Virus record (IMG/VR): IMGVR_UViG_3300045988_047070
Direction: 5' to 3' (one strand)
DNA length: 64,000 nt
Source of the DNA: a virus
Shown here one piece after another: positions 34,451 to 48,700 of the stretch. The translations under genes were made by a program, and so were the position numbers. Each line of letters opens with the position of its first letter. Positions within the stretch are counted from its first letter, which is position 1. A model generated the notes under the pieces. It worked only from the letters and a program-made list of their open reading frames with translations, had not been told where the DNA came from and made no database searches.

Positions 34451-37400
34451 ATCCAATACGATTTATCATATCATTTAGCTTCTCTCGTGGATTCTTCATA
34501 TTATAGTAGGCATTAAGTATTGGAATAACTTTAATAAAGTCTCTTTGCCATCCCTTTAATCCTTTATAAGCACCTCTTTCAATTTCTTCATATTTTCTAC
34601 TACTCAAATAAGATAACGGATTAATAACCCTATTAACATCTACAAATGTTTGAATCAATGGAGTAATAGAATTAAGAATATCGAATACATCCATTGCATT
34701 GTATCTAGAACCAGATTCTAATGAAATCTTCTTTAATTCTAATCGTAAGAATTGAGTAAACCAATAATCATCATCGTCTGCACCCATTCCAAATAGGTTA
34801 AATATAGTTAACCAGAAGAAATATGTGAATATTTGAGCATTAAATCTCCTAATATGTAAATCTATTTGTTTTTTTACATCTACATCAGGATATTGTTCTT
34901 GTAACTCTTTTAACTTTTCATCATTTCTTCCTGTAAGTACTCTCAATAGCTTAATAAGATTTCTATCAGAACCATATTTCCATCCGTAGAAATATGCTGA
35001 TGCTGTTCCCATCGATAACTCTTTTGTCTGGTAATTCCAGTACATTGGAGATATTGTATTTTCTATATTTTTTGGAATAAAAGCACGGAACATAAGTATA
35101 GTACTAAGGGCTGGTAATAAATGAACACCACTTTTATCTGCTTCCTCAACCATACCTTCTGCATGACTAGATATAGACCCTAACTTAGCAGTTATTTCTT
35201 CTTCTAACTCAGCAGTAACATATGGTGCATACTTGGGTTTTACTCTAAACCCATCTTTCATTTCATATGCGTTCCATAAATTATCTTTAGCGTTTCTATA
35301 TATAGCCTTACGCTCTTCTATAGACTTATTAAGAAAATGGTTATCTAGAAAATCGTTCTCAGAAATAAAATGTAATTGCCCATCTTCTAATCGAATTAAC
35401 TTATAGTTTAAATAAACTGAAACAGTAAATGCACTATTAGGTAAAAATGACATTAATTTAAAAGCAGAGTATGGTTCTGCAGCTCTAGTAATCATTCTAC
35501 CTATTCTCCATCTATTAGTATTAGATAAATCTTCCTCCTGATTAAAAGTAAGACCATTATATTCTAATGCACCTATCAATTTATTATTAGCTTGATTCTT
35601 ACCAAATTGACTAGCAACTTTCAAGCTAATTAATTCTTTTGTTAAAATACTATTTGCAATAGTGAAATCATGCATATTATAATGCTTACGAACAAAAGCA
35701 TCATTAGCATAAAAACTCCATGCAGCAACTCCACCAGATATTGCAGAACGTAAGTTCCAAGACAAACCAATATCTCTACCCCATCTTGAAAAATGCTCAA
35801 ATACTTTATCTAAAGAAATCTTATAACCTTTTAATGTTACTTCAGGTAATATATCTCGTCTACCATAAATATGATAACCTATGTAAGTATGAACTGCATC
35901 TGCTAATTTGCTGCTTGCAGCAGGCTTAGTAAAACCTTTTTGTCTAATAGAACCAGCATTAGTAATTAAACTGTCTAATAGATTTAATTGAGGGGCCACT
36001 TTCTTTTTATTCTCATAATTACAAGCCATTCTGTAATATTTAGTAATAGCTCCAATTAAATCATTAGTACCAGAAGCAGGATCAGTAAGCATAGTAGTAT
36101 ACATAGTAGGCATAATATTTATTTCTGTACCATTAGGCCTAGTTTCTACTTTTACTCCATGTATTTCATCATCTGGTTGAATACCAAATGCATTTATCAT
36201 ATAATTTCTTGTTCCTGTAATAAGCCCTCTATTACCCCAATAATTAAATATATTACCATTAATTTGTGGTAGCTTATAGTTATTTTTATAATTAGAGTGA
36301 GTAATTTTATCATTAGCTTCATTCATAACATCTAGAATAACATTTCTAAGATTAACTAAAGCAGGATCTCTCATTACAGCATTGTAAGCTTTTCTATTAT
36401 CGTATTCTTTAATAGATAATTTAGGTTGTTCTGTCTCTGGTATACTGTTATCATAGTTTTTATTATAGAACTTAGATTCTTCAGATGTCTCAGCCCAATT
36501 GCTATTTGGTACTCTATGCATGTACTGTTGACGTACTGGTATTACTTTGGTCATATAAGAAGCATAGTGTTTTACTCCTTTATCGTCTACCCATATATCG
36601 TCAGGTGATACAGCACTTTTACCTCCATTTTCTTTTGCTATATCACTAAGTTCAGATTTAAATAGTCTAACACTGCTAGCAGTTTTTTTAGTACGCTTCC
36701 TAACATTATACATTGCTATATCAAGCTCTTTAATTTTATCCTTAACAGCTTGAGGCATTCTAGTATAATCTGGTTCAAATTTATCAGTTCTATATAATCT
36801 TAATAGATTGTATCTAGCTTGATATAACCTATCATATATTTCACCATAATCTTTTTTATTTTGCCTAGATACTTTTTCTTTAAATTCATCTGTAAGTTCC
36901 CATCTAGTATTACGCTCTAACCAAGCACTATACAATGTATTGCTTCCATCTGGAGTATATCCTTCCATGTTTTTCATTCTTTCCATTTCTTCTAGGAAAG
37001 CATCCATATCCACTTTAGATTCTAAACCTTCTTGTAGTTTAGCATATGCTTCTGTAAGTTCAGCAGCTATCTGTGCTTCTACACTACCTTCTGGTTTTAA
37101 TTCTCCAGTAATAGGATCATAAGGATTTGCAAGATTCCGTTTCTTCTCTAATAACCTAATATATTTTTGATATTCATCTATTGGCATTCTTTCGAATCTA
37201 GGTTTATTAGTATTACTATCTCTGTATGGTTTTAATATATTATCTATCTCTAGGTTTACTTCAGATAGAGCCATATTAGCTTCCATACTTAGATTAGTAA
37301 AGATAGCATAAAACTCTGGTGTGTATTTTCTTTCACAATTCTCAGACTTCCAATCATTATAATCTTTTTGATATTGTATCCATAGAGAAGGATTAAGTTT

Positions 37401-39740
37401 AAGCTCATCAATACTGGCTAATTTATGATTCTTTAGCCAATCTTTTCTAAACTTATATTTATTATTTTGATATACACCATATTTACGATCTCTAATTAAA
37501 TATCCAGTCTTTTTACCATCTACATCCCTTTCAAATAAAAGGTTATGATCTCTTGTTTCTTTTGCTGCTTTATATAATTCAGCATACTTACGATAAACCT
37601 GTTTATGAGTCATAGAGTTAACATCCCCAATAACTTTTCTCAATAGTTTGATAACAAATTTAGGTGAGTTTACAGGAGTAGCAAAGAATCTATGATACCA
37701 ATTTAAATCACCATCAAAAGTAAGCCAGTTCATCAGAGCTCTATCTATATTAGGATCTTTAGCTTCTTCCATTTCAGTACGCAAGAACTTTTCTACTGTT
37801 CTTCTAACTGAGTTCCCATACATGTAACCAATGTTTTCTCTATCTATCATCTTTTTAGATGAGAATTCTCTAATCAATCCATCTACTACAGATAATATAT
37901 TATCAAATTCATTAGTACCTAATATATTTTCATAAATATTCCTATTAAATTCTGTATTTAGCTCATTATAAAGTTTACGTAAATTACTCTCATGTGGGTA
38001 TAAATACTCAGCACCAAAGTTATCTAAAGCAGTCCTTAGTTTAGTAAGTTCTTCAGTATCATTTGTTATCTGTGCAGTACTTATCTTTTCATCAATAGTT
38101 TTGATTACTCTTTCTGCTTCGTCCAGACTGTATATTACATTATCTACATACTCTAGACTACCATTAAGGAAATTAGTAATGTTATTGACACCTTCTACAT
38201 CTGTTATAGAATTCTGGATACTTCTAAGACTAGATAGTAATTTGTCATTACGTAAATTTTCGTTTCTATCAAATTTATCTTCTATAACATTGTACCTTAA
38301 AGAAGCCACACGGTTCTCTGCTGTTTTAACCATATCAGAGAATACAGATCTGAGTTTGATAGAAGCAATTTCTTCACGCTTACTGGCTGCTGGTAAAACA
38401 TCGGGTATATAATCATAAGAATCTTCTCTTTGCTCTAGAGTTTGATATGCATTAAATTCAATAACATTATCTACTATTTTATTAATTAGATCTTGATGAG
38501 TAGTATTTTTACCAAACAATCTCTTAAACCAATCAATAATCCTTTGAATTAATGTTTTTTCTCCTTTTGTAGCAGGGAAGTCAAACATATTGTGAATGAC
38601 CTCAGGATTAGAAAATAGCTCTGCAGCAAACTCATATACATTCTTACTAGCATGGTCATCATGCTTTTCTGCATACTCTTTTTGAATCTTTCTAAGTTCA
38701 TTCGCTGCTTCAGTATTTGAAGCTAACGAGTCTAGAGTAATAGCATGGGCTATTTCATGTAATAATACATTTTCTAATGAACCATATCTACTGAAATCAC
38801 CATTTCTATTTACTACAATCGCGTTAGATTTTCTGTCATATATAGCAGGTGTCCAGTAAGTAGCTTCAGGATACATTTCATTTAATGGTCTATCTATATA
38901 TTCAATAGATACTGGCTGCATATTTATTTTACTAGCAACATCATTGAGTACAGTAGCCATTTCAGAATCCATATTATCTAATAGTTCTTTACTATTACTA
39001 TAAGATTGCATAGATTCTAATTGACTTATATTTTCTGTGTTACTATCTGCTAGATATATGTTATTCTCCTGAGTAGAGAATGTACCTTGATTATCTATTG
39101 ATTTTACATTATTTGGATTATTTATAACATAAATATTTTGATTTAATTCTTGATTGTCATCAATACCGTGAAATATAGCAATATCTGCTTCTTCAGCTGC
39201 ACGATTTATAGTTGCAGTAAAACTTTCTCCTTGTTTTTTTAAATCGTCTTTTGTACCAGTTTTTTCAATTACAGTATTAGCTTTTAAAAATACAGGAAAT
39301 TTATATTCTCTATCTAAAACTGTGCCTTTTTTAGGATTTGCTGTACCAGTAAAGAATAAAGCTTTTTTCGTTCCGTTTTTGATTGTAGAAAAGTAGTTAT
39401 CAAATTCTATAGAAAACTCGTTTATAGGAGAATTGGCGTGATGATATACTACTAAAGGTTCACCATTTTCATCTACTACTTTGGATTCACCAAACCATTC
39501 TTTAAAACTCTTAGAATAAGTTCTAGCTTTAGCTTGAATAGCAGCTACTCTATCACCATTATAATGCTCTAAAAGGTCTGAAAAGAGCTTAGATGGCTCC
39601 CCATTGGGAGCCTTATCTATGCCATTACCATTGTTCTGCGACCATATATGATAAGCCGCTGCTTCACTAGTTGCATTTTTTAATTCTTCAAATTCTCTTG
39701 CAACTTCTTCATTTTTTAAATTAGGACAAATTATTTTCAT
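34449..39740 (-). CDS. giant virion-associated protein (1763 aa) with zincin metallopeptidase motif
   Basis: It is an uninterrupted 5.3-kb ORF. HEIAH lies at residue 328 (nt 38745-38759) in the context LENVLLHEIAHAITLD. It is adjacent to the RNAP-containing giant gene. Confidence 0.75.
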   Translation of the reverse strand: MKIICPNLKNEEVAREFEELKNATSEAAAYHIWSQNNGNGIDKAPNGEPSKLFSDLLEHYNGDRVAAIQAKARTYSKSFKEWFGESKVVDENGEPLVVYHHANSPINEFSIEFDNYFSTIKNGTKKALFFTGTANPKKGTVLDREYKFPVFLKANTVIEKTGTKDDLKKQGESFTATINRAAEEADIAIFHGIDDNQELNQNIYVINNPNNVKSIDNQGTFSTQENNIYLADSNTENISQLESMQSYSNSKELLDNMDSEMATVLNDVASKINMQPVSIEYIDRPLNEMYPEATYWTPAIYDRKSNAIVVNRNGDFSRYGSLENVLLHEIAHAITLDSLASNTEAANELRKIQKEYAEKHDDHASKNVYEFAAELFSNPEVIHNMFDFPATKGEKTLIQRIIDWFKRLFGKNTTHQDLINKIVDNVIEFNAYQTLEQREDSYDYIPDVLPAASKREEIASIKLRSVFSDMVKTAENRVASLRYNVIEDKFDRNENLRNDKLLSSLRSIQNSITDVEGVNNITNFLNGSLEYVDNVIYSLDEAERVIKTIDEKISTAQITNDTEELTKLRTALDNFGAEYLYPHESNLRKLYNELNTEFNRNIYENILGTNEFDNILSVVDGLIREFSSKKMIDRENIGYMYGNSVRRTVEKFLRTEMEEAKDPNIDRALMNWLTFDGDLNWYHRFFATPVNSPKFVIKLLRKVIGDVNSMTHKQVYRKYAELYKAAKETRDHNLLFERDVDGKKTGYLIRDRKYGVYQNNKYKFRKDWLKNHKLASIDELKLNPSLWIQYQKDYNDWKSENCERKYTPEFYAIFTNLSMEANMALSEVNLEIDNILKPYRDSNTNKPRFERMPIDEYQKYIRLLEKKRNLANPYDPITGELKPEGSVEAQIAAELTEAYAKLQEGLESKVDMDAFLEEMERMKNMEGYTPDGSNTLYSAWLERNTRWELTDEFKEKVSRQNKKDYGEIYDRLYQARYNLLRLYRTDKFEPDYTRMPQAVKDKIKELDIAMYNVRKRTKKTASSVRLFKSELSDIAKENGGKSAVSPDDIWVDDKGVKHYASYMTKVIPVRQQYMHRVPNSNWAETSEESKFYNKNYDNSIPETEQPKLSIKEYDNRKAYNAVMRDPALVNLRNVILDVMNEANDKITHSNYKNNYKLPQINGNIFNYWGNRGLITGTRNYMINAFGIQPDDEIHGVKVETRPNGTEINIMPTMYTTMLTDPASGTNDLIGAITKYYRMACNYENKKKVAPQLNLLDSLITNAGSIRQKGFTKPAASSKLADAVHTYIGYHIYGRRDILPEVTLKGYKISLDKVFEHFSRWGRDIGLSWNLRSAISGGVAAWSFYANDAFVRKHYNMHDFTIANSILTKELISLKVASQFGKNQANNKLIGALEYNGLTFNQEEDLSNTNRWRIGRMITRAAEPYSAFKLMSFLPNSAFTVSVYLNYKLIRLEDGQLHFISENDFLDNHFLNKSIEERKAIYRNAKDNLWNAYEMKDGFRVKPKYAPYVTAELEEEITAKLGSISSHAEGMVEEADKSGVHLLPALSTILMFRAFIPKNIENTISPMYWNYQTKELSMGTASAYFYGWKYGSDRNLIKLLRVLTGRNDEKLKELQEQYPDVDVKKQIDLHIRRFNAQIFTYFFWLTIFNLFGMGADDDDYWFTQFLRLELKKISLESGSRYNAMDVFDILNSITPLIQTFVDVNRVINPLSYLSSRKYEEIERGAYKGLKGWQRDFIKVIPILNAYYNMKNPREKLNDMINRIG

Positions 39741-39746
39741 ATATGA

Positions 39747-42700
39747 TTACTTTATACAATGATTCATTTCATCTGTAGGAAATTCATTCTCATTATTGAA
39801 TTCATTAGTCTGTTCAGTCTGTTCAGTCTGTTCATTTTCAGAAGTAGAAGGTTGTTCAATAGTGTTTTCTACCACTTCACCATTTTCATCCATACTAGTA
39901 TCTACTAATGGAGCTGAATCATTTTCAACAGTACTAAACATATAATCAATTGTATTTCTTGAATAAAATACTCCACTTAATGGTTTACCACTTACCTTAT
40001 TAGTTTGTGAATTAATTTTTGGTACAATCTCATTGTTAATAATATCTGGAATATCTTCTAAGAAGTTATTATCATATTTAGCAAATCTTGGAGCAACATT
40101 ATTACCCGGAATAATAGAGAATCTAGATATATATTTACTTCCAGTAGTATATGGAGATAAGTATTCAGATACAAACCCTTTACCACCTTGTCTAAATCCT
40201 TTCTTATTCACTAATATATATAATGGTTTATATGTTTTAGTTTTACCATTATCTTTAATAAATGTACCAACATATTTATATAGATTATATCCACCAGTAG
40301 CATTGTTATCTCTCATTTTAACATATGGATGGTACAATGGAACATCAGTATCATCTTTACAAACATATCTTCTAGAAGATCCTTTAATAGCTACAGGAAC
40401 TAATCTATTACCAACTTTTTCTCTATGAATATAGATACCTTTAGTATTTGTATTTATTACAGGAACCATGTTATTATCTTGCCAGTTATTACGATAGATT
40501 TCATCTACATCATCTGGAGTGAACAGATTAGAGAAATCATCTATATTTTTCTCTAAAGTTCTTACAGTTTCATAATAACCAAGTTCATCTAATACCCTAG
40601 TAGGTATAAAATCAAATAGAGAATTCAAGTGTTTAGTACCATGACCACTAAATACTGCATATCGAACTAAATCATAAGCTAAATCATGTAATTCTTGATT
40701 ATCACTATCTAATAATTCTTGCCAGTATTCTCTAATCTGTCTACTAGCATTAGAACTAATATCATCTGAATAATCTAAACGAACATAATCTATAGCTTTA
40801 CCTGTGGTATCAGTTACACCAGTAATACTATTAAGGAATAGATTACTAATTCTACCATTAGTGACGGAAATGATTGGATATTTACCACCTTTGGAAGCAG
40901 CATCAGAGATAATATCAGTTTTAATCCTATTAATTCTCTTAGCAATGGTATTAGGACCAATGAATAGGTCTCTCAGCTCTTTCATACTATTAATTAATGG
41001 ACTACTAGTACTATCATACAATGCATAAGCTCTCCAGTAAGAATCAATAGCATTAGTAAATGCTGTTACAGCTTGTTTATCTTTTACTTTGGAAAATCCA
41101 CTAGCATTAATAAGAGATCTAAATACCCTATAGTACTCATCAGAAGATTGTATATTAATTTTACCAAGTAAATCCAATGTGAACTTGATACTATTATCTA
41201 TCTTCTTTTGTAAGAATGTTTCCTTAAAGAATTTATTAATCATTTCTGATGTGAAATATGGACTAGTATAACAATCAGCAACATTCTGTAAGAAAGTTCT
41301 CATTTCAATAGAGTTCTTACCAAACTTCTTAGTATCTACTTGAGAAGCCTTTACAAGATCAGACATTGCCTGAGCCATAGGTTCTATTTCTTTGAATAAC
41401 TTATATACAAGTATTTGTCCATAGTAATAATCAAAATCTTTTTCTTTATCATTTGCTTTACGAAGAAGATTTTCTAAATAACCTAACTTTCCTTGTTCAG
41501 GAACCTCAAACAATACTTGATCTGTAACTTGTTCATTCTTAAGCAAGAGATCAAGATTTTCTTTATCCTCATTGGATTTAGCTAAACTCTTTGCTTTAGT
41601 AACAAATTTATCATATACTGCTTTTTCCTTCTCTTGGAATCTTCTATAGAATGGTTTAGTGTTATCTATGCCATAAACTCCCCTACTCTGTATATAATCA
41701 TTTGCAAGATCTTTCATGATCTCTTGTGAAACAAAATACATAGTATTCTTGCCAGCACCATTTCTTAATAAAAAGTTAGTAAGATTATAGGTAAATCCAT
41801 TTACATTTAGTTTGATGATATAGTTATCCTTAGCAACGTCAACGTGAGCACTAATCAATGCAGATAACCAGTCTAGAATATGAATATCATCTACACCACT
41901 TACTTTATGCAAGTTACCTATATTCGGTAAGTACTCTGGAGATTGCATTACTAATTCAACTAACTGACCTAATACATGATGCGGGTTATTTAATGCAAAT
42001 GGCCCAATACCACCTTTACTATCAGCAAAGTCTTGTTTTAAAGTATCTTGATATTCTTCTGTATACTCATATAAAGCAGCATCATTCTTTTTATCAGGGA
42101 AATACTTCTTTACAATACCGTTTTTCATGATGTTAACAGGAACATCCAATGGTCTAGTAGTATCGTGAGTATTCTTAGAATCAAGTAATGAAGCCATAAA
42201 TGTATCAATCAATAGGTTTTCTATAGCACCCTGAGATTGTTCATTCATTGACTTATTATAATCAAATTCTGTCTTAGAAGATATATAAGGATAAACTTTA
42301 TAGGTTGCGTCTGTAACATCATACACAACATTAGAATTCTTACTTTTAAGATAATCATTAACTAATGTTGCCATATTCTGCGTTGATCTTCTTGTAACAG
42401 GCTCACCGTCTTTAATAGCTAAGATTTCATCAGCATATTCATTAAATCCACTTAATGCTAATTCTTTTTCATCTTTAGTTGCTTCTCTTCCGGGTTTATT
42501 ACTTCTACGAGAAGTATAATTATATCTTGTTAAGAATAACTTATCAATATCAAAGTCAGAACCAGTTCTTGCAGTAAACTCATCTGGTAATATAATTATA
42601 TCTCCAGCTTGAGACATTACTACATCTTTAATAGTTAAAGCAGCGATAGAAGACATACCCTGAGTAGGTACACGATATGCCATTGCAGATGGTGAAGCAT

Positions 42701-45700
42701 TTGGACCAATTATATTGTTATCCATTAACCACTGCCTAGCTTGTAAGAATGACATATTTTCATATCCGGGGATTATGTGTTTCAATAGATTTATTGAAAT
42801 AACACACTCCATAGATCTATCATCTGCAATTAGTTTAAGTCTTTCACCATTATTGATTTGGTACTTAGAATATTGACCAGCTTCACTAGCTTTTACTTTA
42901 TCAATGGATTTTAAACCAAAGGAAGACATCTGTACGAATGTACCACCTGGTAGATTAATATCTACAGTTTCTTTGTTTACTGCGGATATAATCTTTGTGA
43001 CTAATTGCTTAGCTACAGGAGAAGCAGACAATGGAACTTTAAAATTACCAGTTTCATCAAGAGTAACTTGATCAATAATATCAGAATCCATATTAGATGA
43101 AATCATATCCCTTACTAATTTATCAGATATACCTTGCAGGTCTTTAAAAGAATATGTACCATCTTCATTCTTTTCAGCATGCAAATCCTTAAGAATTCTA
43201 TTGAGTCCTCTATCTGATAAATTATCAATAGCGTCCATTGCTAATTTAACTAGCTGTCTACCACTAACTTTCTTACCTTTTCTACCTGTAGTATCTTGGT
43301 CTACACCGCTACTAGAAGGAATAAAATAGTCTCCATCCAATCTAATATTTGAGAATACTGTCTTCATAGCCTGAGTAACCAACATACGCTTTTCAGCATC
43401 GTGGGCTTCAATAGGCATCTGATTAAGTAAGTTACCAAAATTCTGTTGTCTATATACAATAGGTTTAGAATAGGTTCCTTTATCATCCTTTTTGAATTCT
43501 TCTGTTATTTCATTTTGAGTAGCATCTGTATAGAAATCATACTCTTTGATATTACCTACTTTTACTGCGGATTTTGTAGTAAACATATCAATAGGATTAT
43601 TAACATCATTCATCCTATCATACAATACTCTTAAATCTCCAGTAGCTAGTACTTTAAATAACGGGAATATAGCCATCTTATTAAAGATAGGCATATTAAT
43701 GAATTCACCGGGTATTGGTTGTAGTATTTCATTACCAAAGTATACCATCTTTTTAGGAGATAATACAGCAGATAATGTATTTACATATTTTCTGATATCA
43801 CCTAAATCATCAGCATGCTGCTCTACATAATCAATAGCTTCTTCTACTTTAGGATCTAATAAACCTTGACTAGCTAAGATAGCTTTATACATAGTAGGTG
43901 AACAGTATACAGATGCATCGGCTTGGTTAATTGGAGTTTCTTCTTCATTAACCTCAATATTACCTTCTTTATTCATCTTAATATCACCATACAATGATAA
44001 GTCACGCTCTGTACTCTCTTTAGCTTTATCTTTGATACCTTGTGGTATACTCTCATTACTGAATAGATCACCAGATTCAAATACAGTATCAATGTATTCT
44101 TTGGTATATTTACCAGAGTTTTCCATTAATTCCCTTACATATGCATCATAGATTGCTTTGTATAACTCTTTTGGTTGATTAGTACGCAACTCAACATCTT
44201 TTAATCCAGCCACATTATATCTACCTTGTTTATACCTAGCAACTTTATTCATTAAATGGTTAGGATCAGAGAAGTCTGTTCTAGGTCTATCACCAGTTGA
44301 TAATGTACCAGCAAGACGTTTAGATACATCAGGATAATTCTTAAAGAATGCTACATCTTTATACAGGATTTTTTCTGTTTCAAACATTGACACAAAGTTA
44401 TTAACAGTAAATGTAGAAATAGCATCATAAATAGCTATATGGTTCCTATTTAGTTCATTTTCCTTTCCTGCTAATGTAGCAATATCATTAGATAATTTAT
44501 TAGCTCTGTCATTAATGGAACTTACAGGTAAGAATTTATTCTTATAATACCCATCAGTTGTTTTCTCAATTAGACCTAATCTTTGTATATAATCTAATTG
44601 TTTATCAACAAATACTCCTAATGTAGTATTTAGATCTTCTTTCAATTGAGCAGTATTATTAAAATAATCCATTAATTCTTTATCACTCATTGAATTAAAA
44701 GATATGTATTGTACATTACCATCTCCAGTATAATGATATACACCACGAGCAATTCTAAACTTACCTCCTTTACCGTTATCCTCACCTCTTTTACCAAAGT
44801 ACATGGTAGGTCTGTTGGAATCATCAATCTTATCTTCTGCTAATTTCATTCTACGATACTGTAGAATTGCATCATATTCACTTCTGTAGTATTTATAGAA
44901 TTGGTTTAATACATCATCAGAAAATCTCATTTCAACATAATCGTCAACAGGAGTAATGTTTAAAGTACGACCTTTAAACATTTTTAATCCTTGAATTGGC
45001 ATATATGTCTTTTTATCAGACATCGTAGGTAAGATAAGAATATCATTTTCAGAACATACAAATTTAGAAATAAATGTTTCTATTCTAGGAGCCGATTGAT
45101 AATCTGTACCAGTATTACCAGAATTATATTCTGTAATATTAAGTAAAGTACCTACAGTAAGCCTAGTATTAGGACTATTCTTTAATGTATTATAAACTAG
45201 TGAAGAAGAGTTAATAGGACATTTTAATAATCTACTAACATAATTTCTATCATTATTAAGCTTCTTAATTTCCAAAGTAAGATAATTATGCTTAGATAAC
45301 GGGTACACTGTAGTATTCTTAGGTCCTAATACTTTCTCCTCTAGATTATTGTTATTAAGCTGATAATGAACAATAGCTAAGTTTAATATACTGTTTTCCC
45401 CAGTAAACACACCATCAATAGATCTTTTAATCCTATCATTAGGTTTGTCTTTAACAGGCCTACGCAAAATTTCAGGAATTGCTTTAGCTAAACTACCATC
45501 TCTATTACTAGATAATAACTCTTTAGCTGCTTGTAGTATTGTAGGCTTATTAACTGAATTGACTGACGATACCTTATCTACAATGGCTTGATACAAAGTA
45601 TCAAAATTAATTGCAATACCAATCTTATTATATATATCTACATAGCTATATAAGACTGCATTGAAATCTTCATTGCTAGTAGATTCATTCATTCTAGCTA

Positions 45701-48700
45701 ACCTAGTATTTAATGTGTTGATATCATCTCTAATAGTCTTTAGTAACTCCATGTTAGGCTTACGATTACCTTCTGCATCAGTAATTACCATATTACTATT
45801 ATAGAAGTTTCTATTCCAATCTGCAACTAGTCTTTTACCATTACGTAGATTAACACTACCACCTAAGTTGGCTATGTATTGAATAGTATCTGTTCCAATA
45901 TTTTGGAATCCTACTGTAAGGAAGTTATGCCTATAACCAGTAATAGTTTGAAATATTTGAGTTTGAAGATTAGAATCCTTTACTGAGGATAACTTATTAT
46001 ACACTGAAGCATAGAATGGATCGGTTTTTGCTAATTGAGCAGATTTCCTGATTAATCCATCATAAGTATCTTCATCAAATAATTTATCTACAATTCTTCT
46101 CCAAGCTGTAAGGAATGGTGTTACTCTAGGTATACCAGTTTCAGCATTCATATCTCTTACATAACTATCTGTAGCTTTATCGTATACACGATCTTCAATA
46201 GAAGATAAGAAAAGTTTTACAGCAGGTCTAATATTATGTAATACAGATACTTCGTAGGAAGCTTTATCATATTTATCAAAGTTTTCCTTTTCAATTTCAC
46301 CACCATCTCTTTCCTCAGTTTCATCATATTCCTGTTCTTCTTTTACTTGTCTTAAGCTTAAAGAATCAAGATAGGACTTAATATCTTTTTGGAATACATC
46401 AAAGTGCTCATATAATTCATTAGCAGCTGCTCTTTGCTCTGGTGTAGCATTATCATCATATGATAAATCCTCAAGTAGATCACGCATATCTTGGTAATCA
46501 ATCTGTATTTTAGTAAGATCATCTACAAAAGATTGAGAACTTAATGATTGATTAATATAAGATATTGCAAAGAATTCTACAGCCTGATTATAGTTATCAA
46601 GAGATTTTATGTTTTGGAAAGTGTACCCATGTTGAGTAAAGTTTACCCTATTTCTATAAGCTTTCTCAAATCTATCTTTAGCTTCTTGGCTTACTGGGAT
46701 ATTAGCATACTTACCTTCATATATGCCTCTAAAGATTTTAGTAGGAGTAGTTCTACCAAATAAAGACATAATGAAGTCTCGTAGTTTTTCAAACCACTTA
46801 GTAATCCTATAAGACTTTCTTGGAGTCTTATACATCATATACCCTCTAAATTCTTCTGCTAACGCTTCTTCTACATATTTATCAGATGCATTCTTAAGAT
46901 TAGGATGAATTCTACGATACTCTTCATATACTTTGTTTCTTTCTTGATCTGATAGTAATAATAGAGATACTCTATGGTATGCTTCGTGAAATTCTACACC
47001 AGATGGATCACTATTATATAACGTAATACTATCTTTAGTCATATAAGATAAAGCTGTTGCGGGCATATCAGAAGATACAGCTGCATCAATTATATTAATC
47101 TCTGCATCTGTCATACCTAACTTTTGTTTCAAGAAGTTTTTAGCTTGCACCTTATTCAGTTTCTCCTTAGTAGTATATTTCTTATTAGGAGTGAAGTTTA
47201 TTTTAACTTCTTTTTGGCTACCACCCATACTAGATAAATCGCTAAATGATCTACGTCTTCTAGATGGTTTAGGCGCTTCAGATTTAGGAGCTTCTTCTAT
47301 TGCTGGAGTTGCTGTAGAATCAGGTATAGTTGTAGGCATATCCTGAGTCATACCATCTGCAATTACATATGGTCTTTCATATCTTCCTGCATTAAGATTA
47401 GATTTAATCATACCATTTCTTACCATCCAAGACAATAATGTATGATTCATATCTTCTCTAGTAAATACTATACCATCAAATAATTCCAATCTACCACCTG
47501 CCTTTTCAACACTACTGGCTAATCTACCAGAAAATAATAGATTCATTTTCATGTTAACTGCTAACTTATCATTCCCTTTTGAAGGAACCTTAAAAGGCAT
47601 AGAACCATTAGACAATAACCAATCTTCAAAGTGCTTTCTCTCTTGCTCTTTTTGTGCAATAGATAAACCAGCTAATGATACTTCATTAATACCATAGTGT
47701 AATACACCAAATTGCCCTTTATTATCTATATACAATTGTTTATTACGCAAATTAGCTTTTGCAGAATCACTAATGTCAGAGTCATTATTTACAGAAGTAG
47801 GTTCACCATAGTTTAAGAACATTTCAATAATATCAGATGCAATTAAATCTGTATTATTTATATTCTGTCCACCCTTAAATCCGCTTCTAAACACTATAGT
47901 AGAGATTGCCTCTGCTAATTTAGGATAAGAGTTGAATCTTGCTAAAGATAATTTTAATGGTAATGGTCTACCGGATAATCTTTTTTTACCATCAATAATA
48001 TAATACACACCACCAGAAGTAGTACCAATAAAACCAGTATTATCACCTTCTACGGTAAATATAGTACTTGTACCTCTAACACCAGTACTATATCCAAAGT
48101 TATTGATCTCTTCATCTAGATTACCACTAAACTGAAATACATCTTTAAATTGTTTATCATTTACTGGTATCTCTTGAGAAATAGTACCTTCAATAGCATT
48201 ATGCAGTAACAATCTAGTAGGAGTTACCTTTATTCTAGTATCTACCTTATTTAGTAAAGACCCATTTGAATCTTTCATTACAAACCTAGAGATAATTTCT
48301 TGTCTACGTTCCCGTAGTTTTCTTATCATCTCAGGATATTCTTCTGGAGTAAGATTACGAATATTATTCGGGCTTCGCATTGCAACCCAATACCTTTTAT
48401 TATTTTCAGTATTAGTAATTATTAATCCTACTCTGGCATAATCATAGGTATTAGGATCATTCCATTGTACTGTCTTCTTACGAATATTATCATAGTAAGG
48501 TGCTACAGAATATTCATAAGTAAGTTTATCTTGTTTAGTTTTAAACAGCTTAGGTAATTCAGAGTTAGGAGAGAATTGAATTCTAGCACCGCCTAATTCT
48601 ATAGTTTCACCAATATTAGCAGTAGGAGTATAATGGAAAGTATTTAAAATACCTAACTCACTATTCTCTGTGAATTCAGCTAATTCTGAATCACTAATAG

